Assembly: GCA_963754945.1 (NCBI GenBank)
Contig: CAVWIG010000017.1
Coordinates: 192,001 to 256,000 of the forward strand
DNA from: Methanotrichaceae archaeon
GTDB lineage: Archaea > Halobacteriota > Methanosarcinia > Methanotrichales > Methanotrichaceae
DNA length: 64,000 bases
Reading direction: 5' to 3'
Shown piece after piece: positions 32,184 through 42,618 of this stretch. Every line of letters begins with the position of its first letter. Within the stretch, counting starts at the first letter, position 1. Both the position numbers and the translations under genes were made by a program. The notes beneath the pieces were generated by a model. The model saw nothing but the letters and a program-made list of their open reading frames with translations. It did not search any database and was not told the DNA's origin.

Positions 32184-32354
32184 TTAACTATCGATTGCCT
32201 CGGATGAGGACAGTGTTGAAGTAGAACCATTGAACGGTTTACTAACCGATTTCTCAAAAAGTGATGGAAGATCTTCAGAGGTCCTCGGATCTTTCATCAG
32301 AGATTCATAGCTTCCTCGCAAACACTCCCCTACCCTGCTTGCAAGCCTTCGCTC

Positions 32355-33215
32355 TCAAGCTTTCTGAGGCGTTTTATCGTTTGGCTTTACCATATCCATG
32401 TTCATTCCAAATCTCTTGCCCATCTGGTTCATTCCACCAAAAGCGCAGCCTCTCATGCCGTTGTGCTCTCCCATGCCGCGCTTCATCTCTATGAGGACTT
32501 TGTATTGGCCGCTGTACTGACCACTGTTCATGGTAAGTGTGCCCTCTCCAACAGTGCTGTTATCCTGACGAGATGTGGTTACGGTGATATGGCCTACGAC
32601 TGCGGTGGGCTTATCCTTAGCGTTATGCTTGGGGCCGGCAACGTCGGCGTTTATTGAGGAGCTGTTGTTACCCGAAAGGGTCAGTTTGATGTTCAATAGA
32701 TTATAGTTGCTCTGGCCCATGTGCAAGCTGCCGTTGTAGGATGCTGCCGATATCTCAGCGTTCATCTTCGCTTTTATGTCAGACTTGATTTGGCCCAGGG
32801 TCTTATTATCTGATATGAGCTTCTTGATGTCCGCAAAATCGGGCTTTATTTGGCCTTCAATGTTCATCCTGATAACGTGGTTCTGGTTGCCGCTCATGGC
32901 AAAGCCGCTGCCCATCTTACGGATTTCAATGGCTTTGGTTGCATTCCAATTTTCATTCTTCCAGGATCCATTCTTCTCCGCCATCCCGAAGGCTTCCTTT
33001 CCGCGCGTTACCATCTCAGGATTTCCCCAGGGCCCCATTCCGGAATTCCACATTGGCCTCATTCCGGGCTGGAAGGCGTTACAACTGGACTTCTCTGAGG
33101 CGTTACAAGGTGTCTTTGAAGCTCCGTCATTCGTGGGCGCAGACAGGGCAGGCACAGCGATTAGGCACATGGCCACGATGCCTACCAGCGCTAAAGATTT
33201 TATTGTCAATTTCAT
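32355..33215 (-). CDS. Secreted hypothetical protein with Met/Gly-rich flanks, paralog of 31545-32183
   Basis: ATG 33215 after GGAGG; signal peptide; same core domain as the neighbour. Confidence 0.8.
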   Translation of the reverse strand: MKLTIKSLALVGIVAMCLIAVPALSAPTNDGASKTPCNASEKSSCNAFQPGMRPMWNSGMGPWGNPEMVTRGKEAFGMAEKNGSWKNENWNATKAIEIRKMGSGFAMSGNQNHVIRMNIEGQIKPDFADIKKLISDNKTLGQIKSDIKAKMNAEISAASYNGSLHMGQSNYNLLNIKLTLSGNNSSSINADVAGPKHNAKDKPTAVVGHITVTTSRQDNSTVGEGTLTMNSGQYSGQYKVLIEMKRGMGEHNGMRGCAFGGMNQMGKRFGMNMDMVKPNDKTPQKA

Positions 33216-33283
33216 GGTTTTACTAACCTCCAAGAACGACCATCTATAATGTCAAGCGATCGTTCTGCAACTTGCCTATTATC

Positions 33284-33319
33284 TTGAACGATAGATGAAT
33301 GTATGACCGAACGAACAAT
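33284..33319 (-). promoter_or_regulatory. Promoter-embedded motif shared with 33919-33954
   Basis: Minus strand ATTGTTCGTTCGGTCATACATTCATCTATCGTTCAA is 28/36 identical to the divergent copy. Confidence 0.6.
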
Positions 33320-33918
33320 AAATCAGGTAGTCGTAAAGTTCGTATAAAACGTTCAATTATAGATTAATACCAGCATTATAGTTCTATTTTGTTTTTATTG
33401 TTTATTTTCGGTTTTATTATCATTTTAAGCATCTATTTGGATCTAAAATGCCAAAATGACTATGAATTCACGCATTGACTTCTTATCCCCTAATATGCCA
33501 GGTTATTCTGGAATAGAAGTGGTTTTCGTGGGACCTGCTGAAAGAGCCTTCTTTGAAAGCTCGAATTATCATGAATCCAAGAGTTCCCCCAAATCCGCCT
33601 TCATCTTACGATTATGGACCTAATCAAATGAACCTGAGGAGATCTCTCTGGGTGCTCTTGACTGGATAGATTGATGCAGATATGTGATGTAGACATGTAA
33701 TCGGGCACATTCAATGAGGATTACGAACAGCAGTTCAAACGCTGCTCCTTGATCTTCGCTGAGTCTAACAATTCAGATACATAAGCGTTTCAAGAAATCG
33801 CGCAAGAGCCACGCTTGATAAAGGCATAGACTTGATGCAAACGGAACTAAAATTTAGGTTATAATCGAATACTGAACGTTCATGAGAGTTTGTTAACTGT
33901 TCGCTGAGAGTCAGTCAG

Positions 33919-33954
33919 ATAGTTCGTTCGGTCCAGTTTTTATATATCGTTCAA
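33919..33954 (+). promoter_or_regulatory. Promoter with TATA box TTTATATA flanked by GTTCGTTCGGTC and TCGTTCAA
   Basis: ATAGTTCGTTCGGTCCAGTTTTTATATATCGTTCAA lies about 56 nt before ATG 34010. Confidence 0.65.
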
Positions 33955-34009
33955 ATGCAAGGGGTGGTGTGGCTGGTCTACAATGAGATCATCCGCGTGG
34001 GGGTTGATT

Positions 34010-34204
34010 ATGAAATCCATTAGAGAATACCTAAAACGTAAGCCAGGACTAAAGGGTCAGATCCTCGACCGTGGAGAGCTTAAGCGAGTAGCTCGTGCCT
34101 GTGAATTGAGCCCTCAAGAGGCTAGATCTGAATTAAGAAAGCTGGGGTTTAACTTAACAAAGAACAATCATGGGCTGCCGATATGGATGAAACAAGCAGA
34201 TTGA
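34010..34204 (+). CDS. Small basic hypothetical protein (possible HTH)
   Basis: 64 aa after GGGGGTTGA; helical pattern ELKRVARACELSPQEARSELRKLGF. Confidence 0.65.
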   Translation: MKSIREYLKRKPGLKGQILDRGELKRVARACELSPQEARSELRKLGFNLTKNNHGLPIWMKQAD

Positions 34205-34240
34205 AACAAATCAGAGTTACAACGATATTGAGGTTGAATC

Positions 34241-34483
34241 ATGTCAATCACGAAGATGGACGCAAACGGTAGAGTGCTGCTTCCTATCAGCTTAAGATAC
34301 AGACTTGATTTAAATGATGGAGATAAGTTTGCCATAGATCAGCTTGGAGACGGCACCATAATCCTAAAAAAAGTAAGAAAACGGATGGGTTTCGAAAGAT
34401 GGGTGAACGAAGAAACCTTTCGAGTATCCAAAGACCTTTGTGCCAATGACGAGAAACATTCGCCATCGCTCAATAGCCGTTAG
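34241..34483 (+). CDS. AbrB/MazE/SpoVT-family DNA-binding protein
   Basis: TKMDANGRVLLPISLRYRLDLNDGDKF...IILKK; RBS GAGG. Confidence 0.85.
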   Translation: MSITKMDANGRVLLPISLRYRLDLNDGDKFAIDQLGDGTIILKKVRKRMGFERWVNEETFRVSKDLCANDEKHSPSLNSR

Positions 34484-34620
34484 CTCAACAAGCCGTCAAC
34501 TCAATCAGACAACTAACTGAACTCATTAGATTCATAAATGAGGTATGACGTCGGTAATTGTCAACCTACCGCGCACACGAGAGCTTTTACCCTGTAAAGA
34601 AAGCGACTGGCAGTGCCAAG

Positions 34621-36549
34621 TCACTCCTTCAGGCTTCCTTCTTTAATTCTCGAACCACCCGGCGGTAGGAATTGAACAATCCTGTCAACAGAGGCAATGG
34701 ATTTCAAGTACGCCCTATCATCGATCTTCTCTGAGAAGGACCTATAGATTCTCTTGGCCAGATCGTCCGCGTTGTACTCTCCCGGCTCGATCTCAAACGC
34801 CTGGCCCACTTTTGGCTTAACAGCAGAAGTCGGACCTCCAATCAGCGTCTCGTCCTCGATCCCGATGGTTGTCCCAACCGGCGTATCTCTGAAGTACCGG
34901 CGCTCGCCCCTGATAACAAACGCTCCTTTTTTTAGATACTCGCCGTGTTCAGGAGTCTTGGTGACTTGCTCGGCATTAACCATGTAGCAGTCACCTGCAG
35001 CCAGGCCTGCCTTCCAGATGCTTGAGTAGCTGACGGCGAACTGCGCAGCCTCAAGCAAGGTGGTTTCCGGGACTTCTTCGCCCTCTGTTTTAATGATTGT
35101 CAGAGGCGCACCGGGAGCGTCGGTATGGAATACCAGGTCCCGCTTCTCCATGTACTTGGCGTAGATCTCTTCATTTGTTTCCGCATCCCGACCGCCGATG
35201 ACCAGGAAGCCGTCGGAGGATGTGAACCACCTGAACCTCTCATACCACTTGGGCTTCCTCCTCCGGATTACCATCCTGGTCTTCTTGGGCACTGCTTTGC
35301 TTACTTTCAACGCCTCGGTTATCAGAAGTGCCTCTTTAGCGCCCTTCGCCTTCTTGGCCATCTCCTTGGCAGAATCGTAGTATCGTTGGGCGTTCTGAGG
35401 CACTGTGAGGCCTGCGTTCAGGTCAATCTCGACCCCGTCAAGAACAATGCCCACCTTGCCAGTGTGGTCCATTGACCTGATCATTCGAGCCTGAGGGAGC
35501 TCGGATGTCCTTATCCTCTCCCAGATCTGGGTGAATGAGAAACCCTTTTCTTTAGCGGCGGAGATTACCTTGAGCAACTGTTCTATATCTCTGTACTTCT
35601 GGTAGATCAGCTCGCCAATTACCACCAGCTCCTTTTCCTTGGATGCAAACTCTTCGATGGCCTTGCGCTGAATCTCGATTCTGCGGTCTATGGGATTCTG
35701 CTTTGGCTCCGCGACCCTGTCCACGAAGAAAGCGTCCAGGGCATCGCTAAAGGTATCGTAGCTTTTTCTCTCCAAACCTTCGTAGAGTTTTAAGGGTTTG
35801 GGCAGGGCGTCAAAGGGAAGTCCGTCTTTCAGAACAATGTGCGGCTCGATTGTATCTGGCATGAAGACATCGGCAAGAGCCTTATGAACTCGATCTATCT
35901 CCTCAGTCTCAAGTTCAGCAGCAGGCTTGTTCTTGTCCACGCCAGCCTGTAGGCAGACCTCCTCTCCGTAGGTTCCGCCCATGTTCAAGCATCTGACTAT
36001 TGTCCTGACCAGGTCCTGTTCGGAAGTGGCCAGCAGACCTGAAAGCTCTGACCGGGAGATTGTCCTCGGGTCAAGCTGGATGGTGTGGTACAGGTACTCC
36101 TCGCCTTTGGCCATCTTCCTGCCCCGGAAGACCATCTTTTTCAGCATGGTGAGAATACGTCTTGACTCGTCCAGGAGGATCATGCTCCCCTTCGGGAACA
36201 GCTCGACGATGAGGTAATTGCTTACGCCGTCGCGGTCCACGGTTATCTCCACAACCCTGTCCAGGTCAAACTGTTGAATGTCGGCGATCCTTCCACCCGA
36301 TAGGCGAATCCTGAGCATTGTAGGAAACTGGGGCGGAGTCTTGGAAGCTTTCCGCTCTTTCTTCGTCAGGTGGATGCGACGGCCTGCTTCCATTAAGAGG
36401 TCCATCCGGCCCTCTCTGGGGGACTGGACTGAGAGAGAAATCGTTTCTGCATTTAGCTGGTATGCCTTCCCCACATGGCCGTCCACCAGCCTCTCCCGGA
36501 GTTCAGCAACCATGGCTGCAACATCCACGTTGCTCATCGCCTTCTTCAT
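34621..36549 (-). CDS. rqcH: Ribosome quality-control NFACT protein (RqcH/Rqc2)
   Basis: MSNVDVAA, Q.DLDRV, ELF..G, NAQRYY..AK, WYERFRWF.SSDG.LVIGGRDA.TNE and EYL.KGAFVIRG. Start reassigned to ATG 36549. Confidence 0.92.
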   Translation of the reverse strand: MKKAMSNVDVAAMVAELRERLVDGHVGKAYQLNAETISLSVQSPREGRMDLLMEAGRRIHLTKKERKASKTPPQFPTMLRIRLSGGRIADIQQFDLDRVVEITVDRDGVSNYLIVELFPKGSMILLDESRRILTMLKKMVFRGRKMAKGEEYLYHTIQLDPRTISRSELSGLLATSEQDLVRTIVRCLNMGGTYGEEVCLQAGVDKNKPAAELETEEIDRVHKALADVFMPDTIEPHIVLKDGLPFDALPKPLKLYEGLERKSYDTFSDALDAFFVDRVAEPKQNPIDRRIEIQRKAIEEFASKEKELVVIGELIYQKYRDIEQLLKVISAAKEKGFSFTQIWERIRTSELPQARMIRSMDHTGKVGIVLDGVEIDLNAGLTVPQNAQRYYDSAKEMAKKAKGAKEALLITEALKVSKAVPKKTRMVIRRRKPKWYERFRWFTSSDGFLVIGGRDAETNEEIYAKYMEKRDLVFHTDAPGAPLTIIKTEGEEVPETTLLEAAQFAVSYSSIWKAGLAAGDCYMVNAEQVTKTPEHGEYLKKGAFVIRGERRYFRDTPVGTTIGIEDETLIGGPTSAVKPKVGQAFEIEPGEYNADDLAKRIYRSFSEKIDDRAYLKSIASVDRIVQFLPPGGSRIKEGSLKE

Positions 36550-36600
36550 AGGCGTTGTGGCGTGATCAATCGATAAATAGTTGCGGATTATATATTTCGT

Positions 36601-37041
36601 GTGGAACGATTCTTGGTCGATCAAATGCTGATGAGCCTGGGGAGGTGGCTGAGGCTTGTAGGCATGGACGTGGCCAACCCCGGAGTTGCTGACGATCCAG
36701 AGCTCATGATCAAGGCCAGGCAAGAGAACAGGGTCCTTATAACCCGAGATAAACGCCTGGCCGAAAACTGCAGAACCGCTAGGGTAGAATGCATTCTCAT
36801 ACAATCAACTAGCCTCCTTGGCCAGCTTAATGAGATGGCCAAGATAGGTGTAAAAATGGAGTTGAACCCCCTGAGATGCACTGTCTGCAACGGTCCCCTT
36901 CAAGCATTTAGAGGAGCTGACCACCATCCTCTCCATGAACGGACCTGGGAGTGCGAAGTATGCAGGAAGCTCTATTGGGAGGGATCGCACTGGAAAAGAA
37001 TTGAGGATACGCTCAAACAGATCCGTTCAGAAAAGGACTAA
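36601..37041 (+). CDS. Mut7-C RNase (PIN-like plus Zn ribbon) protein
   Basis: RFLVDQML..LGRWLRLVG.D, RVLITRD, RCTVCN and C..C.KLYWEGSH. Confidence 0.9.
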   Translation: MERFLVDQMLMSLGRWLRLVGMDVANPGVADDPELMIKARQENRVLITRDKRLAENCRTARVECILIQSTSLLGQLNEMAKIGVKMELNPLRCTVCNGPLQAFRGADHHPLHERTWECEVCRKLYWEGSHWKRIEDTLKQIRSEKD

Positions 37042-37061
37042 TTCTTAAAAGAGAGTAGGGG

Positions 37062-37469
37062 TCAAGACTTTAGCTTGAAATGATAGAACCTGGCATCTCC
37101 AAGATTGACCAGGATCTTTCTAAAGCCAGGCAGATCCGCTATCTCGTCCTCTAAAGGCCTGATAATGACGTCTGCGCCGATCTCTGCGGCCAATCTGCCC
37201 ATAGCAATCTGGACCTCGATAGGCGGCCTTATTGAGTACAGAATGCTAGCACCCTCGTAAATCTCCTTACGCGGCGAAAAGATGTCATCAGCTTCTACTG
37301 CCAACCCATCGAGATTTCGCTTCTCTTTATCAGTGGCTACTACTTTCAGGTGCCGGCTTATTATTAGGGCCACTTCAGGGACAAATCCCGCCCCTACCTC
37401 TACAGCCTTTCCTGAATAGTTTCGCAGAATAAAGTCGGCAATCTCAGACGCACCTCGAAGCCCAATCAA
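37062..37469 (-). CDS. UPF0146 family protein
   Basis: VEVGAG, DDIFSP...IY.GA..LYSIRPP.E. Confidence 0.88.
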   Translation of the reverse strand: MIGLRGASEIADFILRNYSGKAVEVGAGFVPEVALIISRHLKVVATDKEKRNLDGLAVEADDIFSPRKEIYEGASILYSIRPPIEVQIAMGRLAAEIGADVIIRPLEDEIADLPGFRKILVNLGDARFYHFKLKS

Positions 37470-37778
37470 GCTCTAACCACCTTGTACCACTTTAGGTCGT
37501 CTCCATCATAAAAGATCATTGTAGCTGCGGATGCGCGCAGCCAGCATGACCTCGATCCATACGACCAGCTGCCTCAAGCCCGATCGGTGATAAAGTTATC
37601 TTTTAAATAGTAGAAAATCTTATCTAGTATAATATAGAACTAATCATCACATTCACGGGCTTAAGCAGGTAGCAAGGAGACAGGATTCTCTGAGGAGATA
37701 TTGTAGGTCTCGGTAATCAGCTTGGTCTTGCTTGATTCCTGTCGCGTGAAGATTGAGACAAAAGATAGATGTGAAAAG

Positions 37779-37874
37779 ATGAATGAACTGATGCTCCAGA
37801 TCATTTCCTTGATACTGACCATTGTGCTGGGAGTGGCCACAGTCTACAGCATCCGTTTGTACCTCGAGATCTGA
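37779..37874 (+). CDS. Putative 31-aa single-TM small protein (not in ORF track)
   Basis: MNELMLQIISLILTIVLGVATVYSIRLYLEI*, one clean hydrophobic helix; GTGA upstream and hairpin AAGTGGATTG/CAATCCACTT (37944-78) downstream. Confidence 0.55.
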   Translation: MNELMLQIISLILTIVLGVATVYSIRLYLEI

Positions 37875-38133
37875 ATTAGGGCTGACAGCCTACTATAACC
37901 AAGCTAGGGCGAACGACGACTGGATTTGGCATGAAATACTTTGAAGTGGATTGTCTAGATCACTTTGCCAATCCACTTAACTTCAATTTGCGACAATGTG
38001 GCAACTAAATCAAGCAATTGCTGAGAACATATCAGAAACCATAGCCTATTGGCTCATAATAGTCTGTGAAAAAGATAGGTTTGATGTACCAAAGTGCATA
38101 TAGCTCTCCTGAACATCAACAACTGTAAAATTG

Positions 38134-39393
38134 TTATCCTTTCTTTATAACCCTCTCGAATTTCCAAAGCTTATCCAGCCTGGCCGTAGCATCAATTCCG
38201 ACCTTGGTAGTAATGCCGTTCACGGACCTCGGGTCTAGGGTGCTTCCGCGGACCCCTGGATGCATGACGACGTCCTCGTCGCCGCGAAAGCGTGTGGCTA
38301 TGGCATACTCAAGATCAGTCGGATCATGGATGTCTATGTCTGTGTCCACGACCAGCACATGTTTCAGTGACCTGTGGGCTTCCAGTGCTGCGTCTATGGC
38401 ACGCCTGGCGTCCGACTCCGTCTGCTTTTCAATCTGCACAACTGCATGGAAGTAGCAACACCCACCGTCGGTCAGGAGAACATCTATAACCTTAGCTACC
38501 TTAGAGACTGCCTTGAAGATCAACGGCTCGTAGGGAACTCCCATGAGCATCTTGTGCTCTCCTCCACCAGGCAGCAGTCCATGGTAGATTGGGTCTATGC
38601 GGGTCATCATTTTAGTTAGCTTAATGACCGGCTCCTGACGGACAAGGTCTCTCGTACCGGTTATATCTACAAAGGGGCCCTCGCTGGCGCGCTCGCCTGT
38701 GATGTAGCCCTCGAGGACTATCTCGGCATGAGGGACCGGCACACCGTTATCCAGATTCACAAGCTCTACAGGCTCGCCTCGAAGGGCGCTGGCATACTGG
38801 AACTCCATGTCGGTAGGGACCCTTGTACTCGCCGCAATGAGCACCAGAGGATCGACGCCTATAGCGATTGCAACCGGCACGTCGTGCCCAGTCTCATGCG
38901 CTTGCTGGCACAGCGTATGGGTGTGCCTGCCCGGGACCAGCCTTGCTGCCAGACGGTCTTTACCCAGGACCATCAGGCGGTGAACACAGGCGTTGATGTG
39001 GTCATTATAACGGGACACAACAACGGCGGACGTGATGTACGGGCCGCCGTCGCCCTTGAAATAGGTCAATATCGGCAGCCTGGACAGGTCGGGCTCAGTG
39101 ACAACCTCTTGGAAGGGAGACGAATTCACGTATCGAATCTGGCCTTTGGACTCGTATTCAATGCCGCTCAGGTACCTGATCATCTCCTCAGTCCGAATAC
39201 CCAGAGCCCTGGCGAGCAAGTCCCGAGTGCCCAGGATGTTCAGGCAGCACCTGTGACCGTCCACGTTTTGGAACATCACCGGCCCTGCGCCCAAGGATCT
39301 ATTGGCCACTTCATGGACAGGTGACACCGGCTCGTGCACCTCTTTGAGCAGCCTCGCTTCCTTTAGCTCATCCAGGAAACCCCTGAAGCTCAT
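38134..39393 (-). CDS. UbiD-family decarboxylase (likely anhydromevalonate phosphate decarboxylase)
   Basis: MSFRGFL, DL..LP......DGGPYIT, EIVLEG, EGPFVDITG and VVD.DIDI.D. Start ATG 39393. Confidence 0.88.
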   Translation of the reverse strand: MSFRGFLDELKEARLLKEVHEPVSPVHEVANRSLGAGPVMFQNVDGHRCCLNILGTRDLLARALGIRTEEMIRYLSGIEYESKGQIRYVNSSPFQEVVTEPDLSRLPILTYFKGDGGPYITSAVVVSRYNDHINACVHRLMVLGKDRLAARLVPGRHTHTLCQQAHETGHDVPVAIAIGVDPLVLIAASTRVPTDMEFQYASALRGEPVELVNLDNGVPVPHAEIVLEGYITGERASEGPFVDITGTRDLVRQEPVIKLTKMMTRIDPIYHGLLPGGGEHKMLMGVPYEPLIFKAVSKVAKVIDVLLTDGGCCYFHAVVQIEKQTESDARRAIDAALEAHRSLKHVLVVDTDIDIHDPTDLEYAIATRFRGDEDVVMHPGVRGSTLDPRSVNGITTKVGIDATARLDKLWKFERVIKKG

Positions 39394-39469
39394 AGCCCTG
39401 CCTTCCGTTCGATGTTCATTTGATTTTTCCAGTCGAACATAATGAGATCCTTTCCAGTCAACCTTCCAG

Positions 39470-40177
39470 TCAAACCAGAAGCACTGCAATTATTCCGCTG
39501 AGGAATACTCCGTCAAAAGTACCGGCTCCGCCGATGCTCGCCACAGGTGCTCCCATGTCCCTGATCTTGTTGAGGTTGAGCAGATCGGCACCGATCAGCG
39601 TTCCAAGCGTTCCTCCCACGTAGGCGATGAGAAACACGAAATCGTGAGGTGCATTGAACAGATAAACCAGAGCAAGAGCCCCCAGGGCTGCCGTCAGTGG
39701 GGGAAGCAGAGCTGGAGTGACGATGCCCAACCCTTTGACAGGACGGGCTACTCGGTTGGTCACCATGGCCACGAAGACAACACCGACAACTGCATAGATC
39801 AAGGCACCGGGAAATTGACGGAGCAGTAGGATGGATATGAGCGTTGGTATGATCGCGCCGCCTACATTAACTGCCAGAATCGTATTGCAGGCTATATCCT
39901 CCATCACAGGGATCCTGTAGGTGACGCCGAAAACCCTGACGTATCTCTCCGTCACCATGGGCGTGCTGCACTTCATATTCGTCACGGGGATGTTGATGTT
40001 GCTTCCAAGGAGAGACGCTAACAGGATTATGAGGGCGTGCTGCCAGGTGAAACCGATCTTAGTAAAAGCCGTGCCAATGACGTTTAGAAAGAGAAAACCA
40101 ACCACTAAGAACAGCAAAAACGCCAGGAGCAGCATGAACAGCATTCCGAAGGGGTTGTAGACCAACCGGTTTTCCAT
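39470..40177 (-). CDS. DUF1614 membrane protein
   Basis: GS.INIP, AVNVGGAIIP, GTLGTLIGADL.NL and SIGGAGTFDGVFL.G. Confidence 0.9.
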   Translation of the reverse strand: MENRLVYNPFGMLFMLLLAFLLFLVVGFLFLNVIGTAFTKIGFTWQHALIILLASLLGSNINIPVTNMKCSTPMVTERYVRVFGVTYRIPVMEDIACNTILAVNVGGAIIPTLISILLLRQFPGALIYAVVGVVFVAMVTNRVARPVKGLGIVTPALLPPLTAALGALALVYLFNAPHDFVFLIAYVGGTLGTLIGADLLNLNKIRDMGAPVASIGGAGTFDGVFLSGIIAVLLV

Positions 40178-40396
40178 GAGCTATAGTTGGCTTCTTTGGT
40201 TATAACTTTTTTTGAGCTTAATCAATAACTCAAAAATGGATTATTAAGTAAAAATTAAGATTTATATAAATACCTCAGCTTTCGGGAGCGATCCATCAAT
40301 TTCTCAATATTACTATTAGAAAAATATATACGTAGCTTTACGCAATTCTCATCCACCCCAGGGCAATGAATTGACCTATCTCCGAGGAGGGGAATT

Positions 40397-42379
40397 ATGA
40401 AAAGCAGAATATTCGCAGGAACGATGACTTTGGTTTTACTATTGATGGCATCCGCTATGGTCTTTTGTCCGATATCACCGGCAAAGGACATCAATGGCAA
40501 TAACTCGTCAAGTCTAGACGTCAATAACTCGTCAAATCTGGATGTCAATAAAATAACTACATCCTGGAACTTGTCCCTCTTGTATCCAAACAAGGATGCT
40601 GCCACGGCTGAACTTGCGAGGATGAGAAATGAGATTCAGGAGATGAACGGGACTTACCGCCCACTGTTCGTGAACTTAACCGGTGCGGTGCTGCTCGATT
40701 ACATCCAGAGCGAGGAGAACTTCTCCAAATCGCTAGATGTTCTTGGCGCTTATGCCACTGCAGGGAACAGTCTGGATGTCAACGATAAGTTCTTCGAGGT
40801 TCTCCTATCCGATGCTCAAAACCTGTCGACCGAACACGACAAGAATACTTCATTCGCGGAGGTGAAGCTGAAATCATTGCCCAAAGCGGAGTGGGAAAGG
40901 CTTTTTGTCGAGGAACCGGGATTGAGCAAATACCGGGCCTATTTTGAGGCGAACTACATCCGCTATGCAGATCATCGTCCCAAGAACGAGAACCAGGCAG
41001 CGCTCCTCGCCGACCTGAACAACAAGCTCATGAAACTGGATACAAAAGCTGGGAAGCTGATCACCAATAACGTCACAAAAGCCGGCAACATAACTCTGGG
41101 CAACGGGACAGAGTACGCCGTCGACTCACAGTCGTACTACGATCTTCTCTACACCGATCAGGACCGAGGCAACAGGCAGAAGGCCTACGATAAGAGATAC
41201 AATCATCTCTTCAACGAATCCGAGGAGATGGGAAAGCTCTACGTCAACAAATCGATGCTCGATGACCAGTATGCTAGAGAGCTGAACTTCTCCGATGCCT
41301 ACGAAGCCAAGATGTTCGATTACTACCTGAATGCATCTCAGATCGACGAGATGAACCAGGTGTTCAAGGAACGCAGAGGAGATTTCGACGGCTACTATGA
41401 GTTCCGCATGGCCTTGATGGGCTTAAAACAGCTACGGCCCTATGACCTGTTCTTGCAGCTCATGAAGGACCCCAATAAGAAGGACAACTATACCAATGCC
41501 CTGAGACAGATCGAGGCGTCATTTTCAAAGATGGACCCGGCATTCAAACAGATATTCATAAAGACGGCCACAAGCAACTCGGTGGATGTCTATCCCAACC
41601 CCGGTCACGGGAAGCAGTCCATCGAATTCGCAGAGGATCAGTTCGCCCTGAAGAGACCAGCGCTCATATTCCTGAACTACAAAGGACTGATCACTGACAA
41701 GCGCGCCTTAGCCCACGAGATGGGCCATGCCATAAACATGTACTTGATGGAGAATTCTGTGGACTTTCTCTACTGCGGAGGCCCAATGTACGAGGCTGAG
41801 GTTCCCTCTACTTTCGACGAGGAGCTCTTCGTGGACTACGCAGTCAAAAACTACGACAAAGATACGGCGGTGGCGGTTCTGGCCGATCAGATCAACAACT
41901 ACGCCAACTATTTCACCTTCCAGACAATGATCACCGAGTTTGAGCATAAGGCTCACCAGCTCATAAGCCAGAAGAAAGGAAATGTGAGCGGGCCGGATCT
42001 GGATACACTATGGACCAGCATTGACAAGGAATACCAGAACAGCAAGGTCAGTTACTACAATGAGAGCGAGCAAAAATGGACTTATGTGGATCACATCTAC
42101 TTCGCTATGGACAACTACTACACCTTCAACTACGCTCTTTCAAAGGCCATAACCCTGTCACTGTTCAAGAGATACCAGGAAGACCCCATGGAGTTCAATA
42201 AGAACTACATAGCTTACCTATCGGCAGGGACCACAATGACTCCGCCCGAGAAGCTGAAGAAATACTTTGGCCTGGAGATCAACCGGAAGCTCTTCGAGGA
42301 CGCCATGGACATGGTGGATTTGAGGGTAAAGCAACTGATGGATCTGGAGAAAGGAGGGCGTCACTTAGGTGCCTCTTAA
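40397..42379 (+). CDS. M3B oligoendopeptidase F family, with signal peptide
   Basis: WNLS.LY, HEMGH zinc motif, AEVPSTFDE, H.Y...YY.FNY and YL.AG; N-terminal signal peptide plus 21-bp NNSSxLDV repeats. Confidence 0.88.
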   Translation: MKSRIFAGTMTLVLLLMASAMVFCPISPAKDINGNNSSSLDVNNSSNLDVNKITTSWNLSLLYPNKDAATAELARMRNEIQEMNGTYRPLFVNLTGAVLLDYIQSEENFSKSLDVLGAYATAGNSLDVNDKFFEVLLSDAQNLSTEHDKNTSFAEVKLKSLPKAEWERLFVEEPGLSKYRAYFEANYIRYADHRPKNENQAALLADLNNKLMKLDTKAGKLITNNVTKAGNITLGNGTEYAVDSQSYYDLLYTDQDRGNRQKAYDKRYNHLFNESEEMGKLYVNKSMLDDQYARELNFSDAYEAKMFDYYLNASQIDEMNQVFKERRGDFDGYYEFRMALMGLKQLRPYDLFLQLMKDPNKKDNYTNALRQIEASFSKMDPAFKQIFIKTATSNSVDVYPNPGHGKQSIEFAEDQFALKRPALIFLNYKGLITDKRALAHEMGHAINMYLMENSVDFLYCGGPMYEAEVPSTFDEELFVDYAVKNYDKDTAVAVLADQINNYANYFTFQTMITEFEHKAHQLISQKKGNVSGPDLDTLWTSIDKEYQNSKVSYYNESEQKWTYVDHIYFAMDNYYTFNYALSKAITLSLFKRYQEDPMEFNKNYIAYLSAGTTMTPPEKLKKYFGLEINRKLFEDAMDMVDLRVKQLMDLEKGGRHLGAS

Positions 42380-42618
42380 TTCTTCAAATCAATCGAATTC
42401 TCAGAGGACTTGCGCTCTAAGGCGTTGGTCGATATGACTACTCTAAATCGACGGCCGGTCTTCACTCTTGCGGTAGTATCGTCACTATAAGAGGATTAAT
42501 GGCTAGATAGAAGATGCCTAAAGCATATATGCTTAAATTTTTGTTAAAAAAATTTCCTTTGTTCCAATAAATTTATAAGTCAGGAAAAACATGAGTGAAT
42601 AAATATCGGGTGCTTAAA

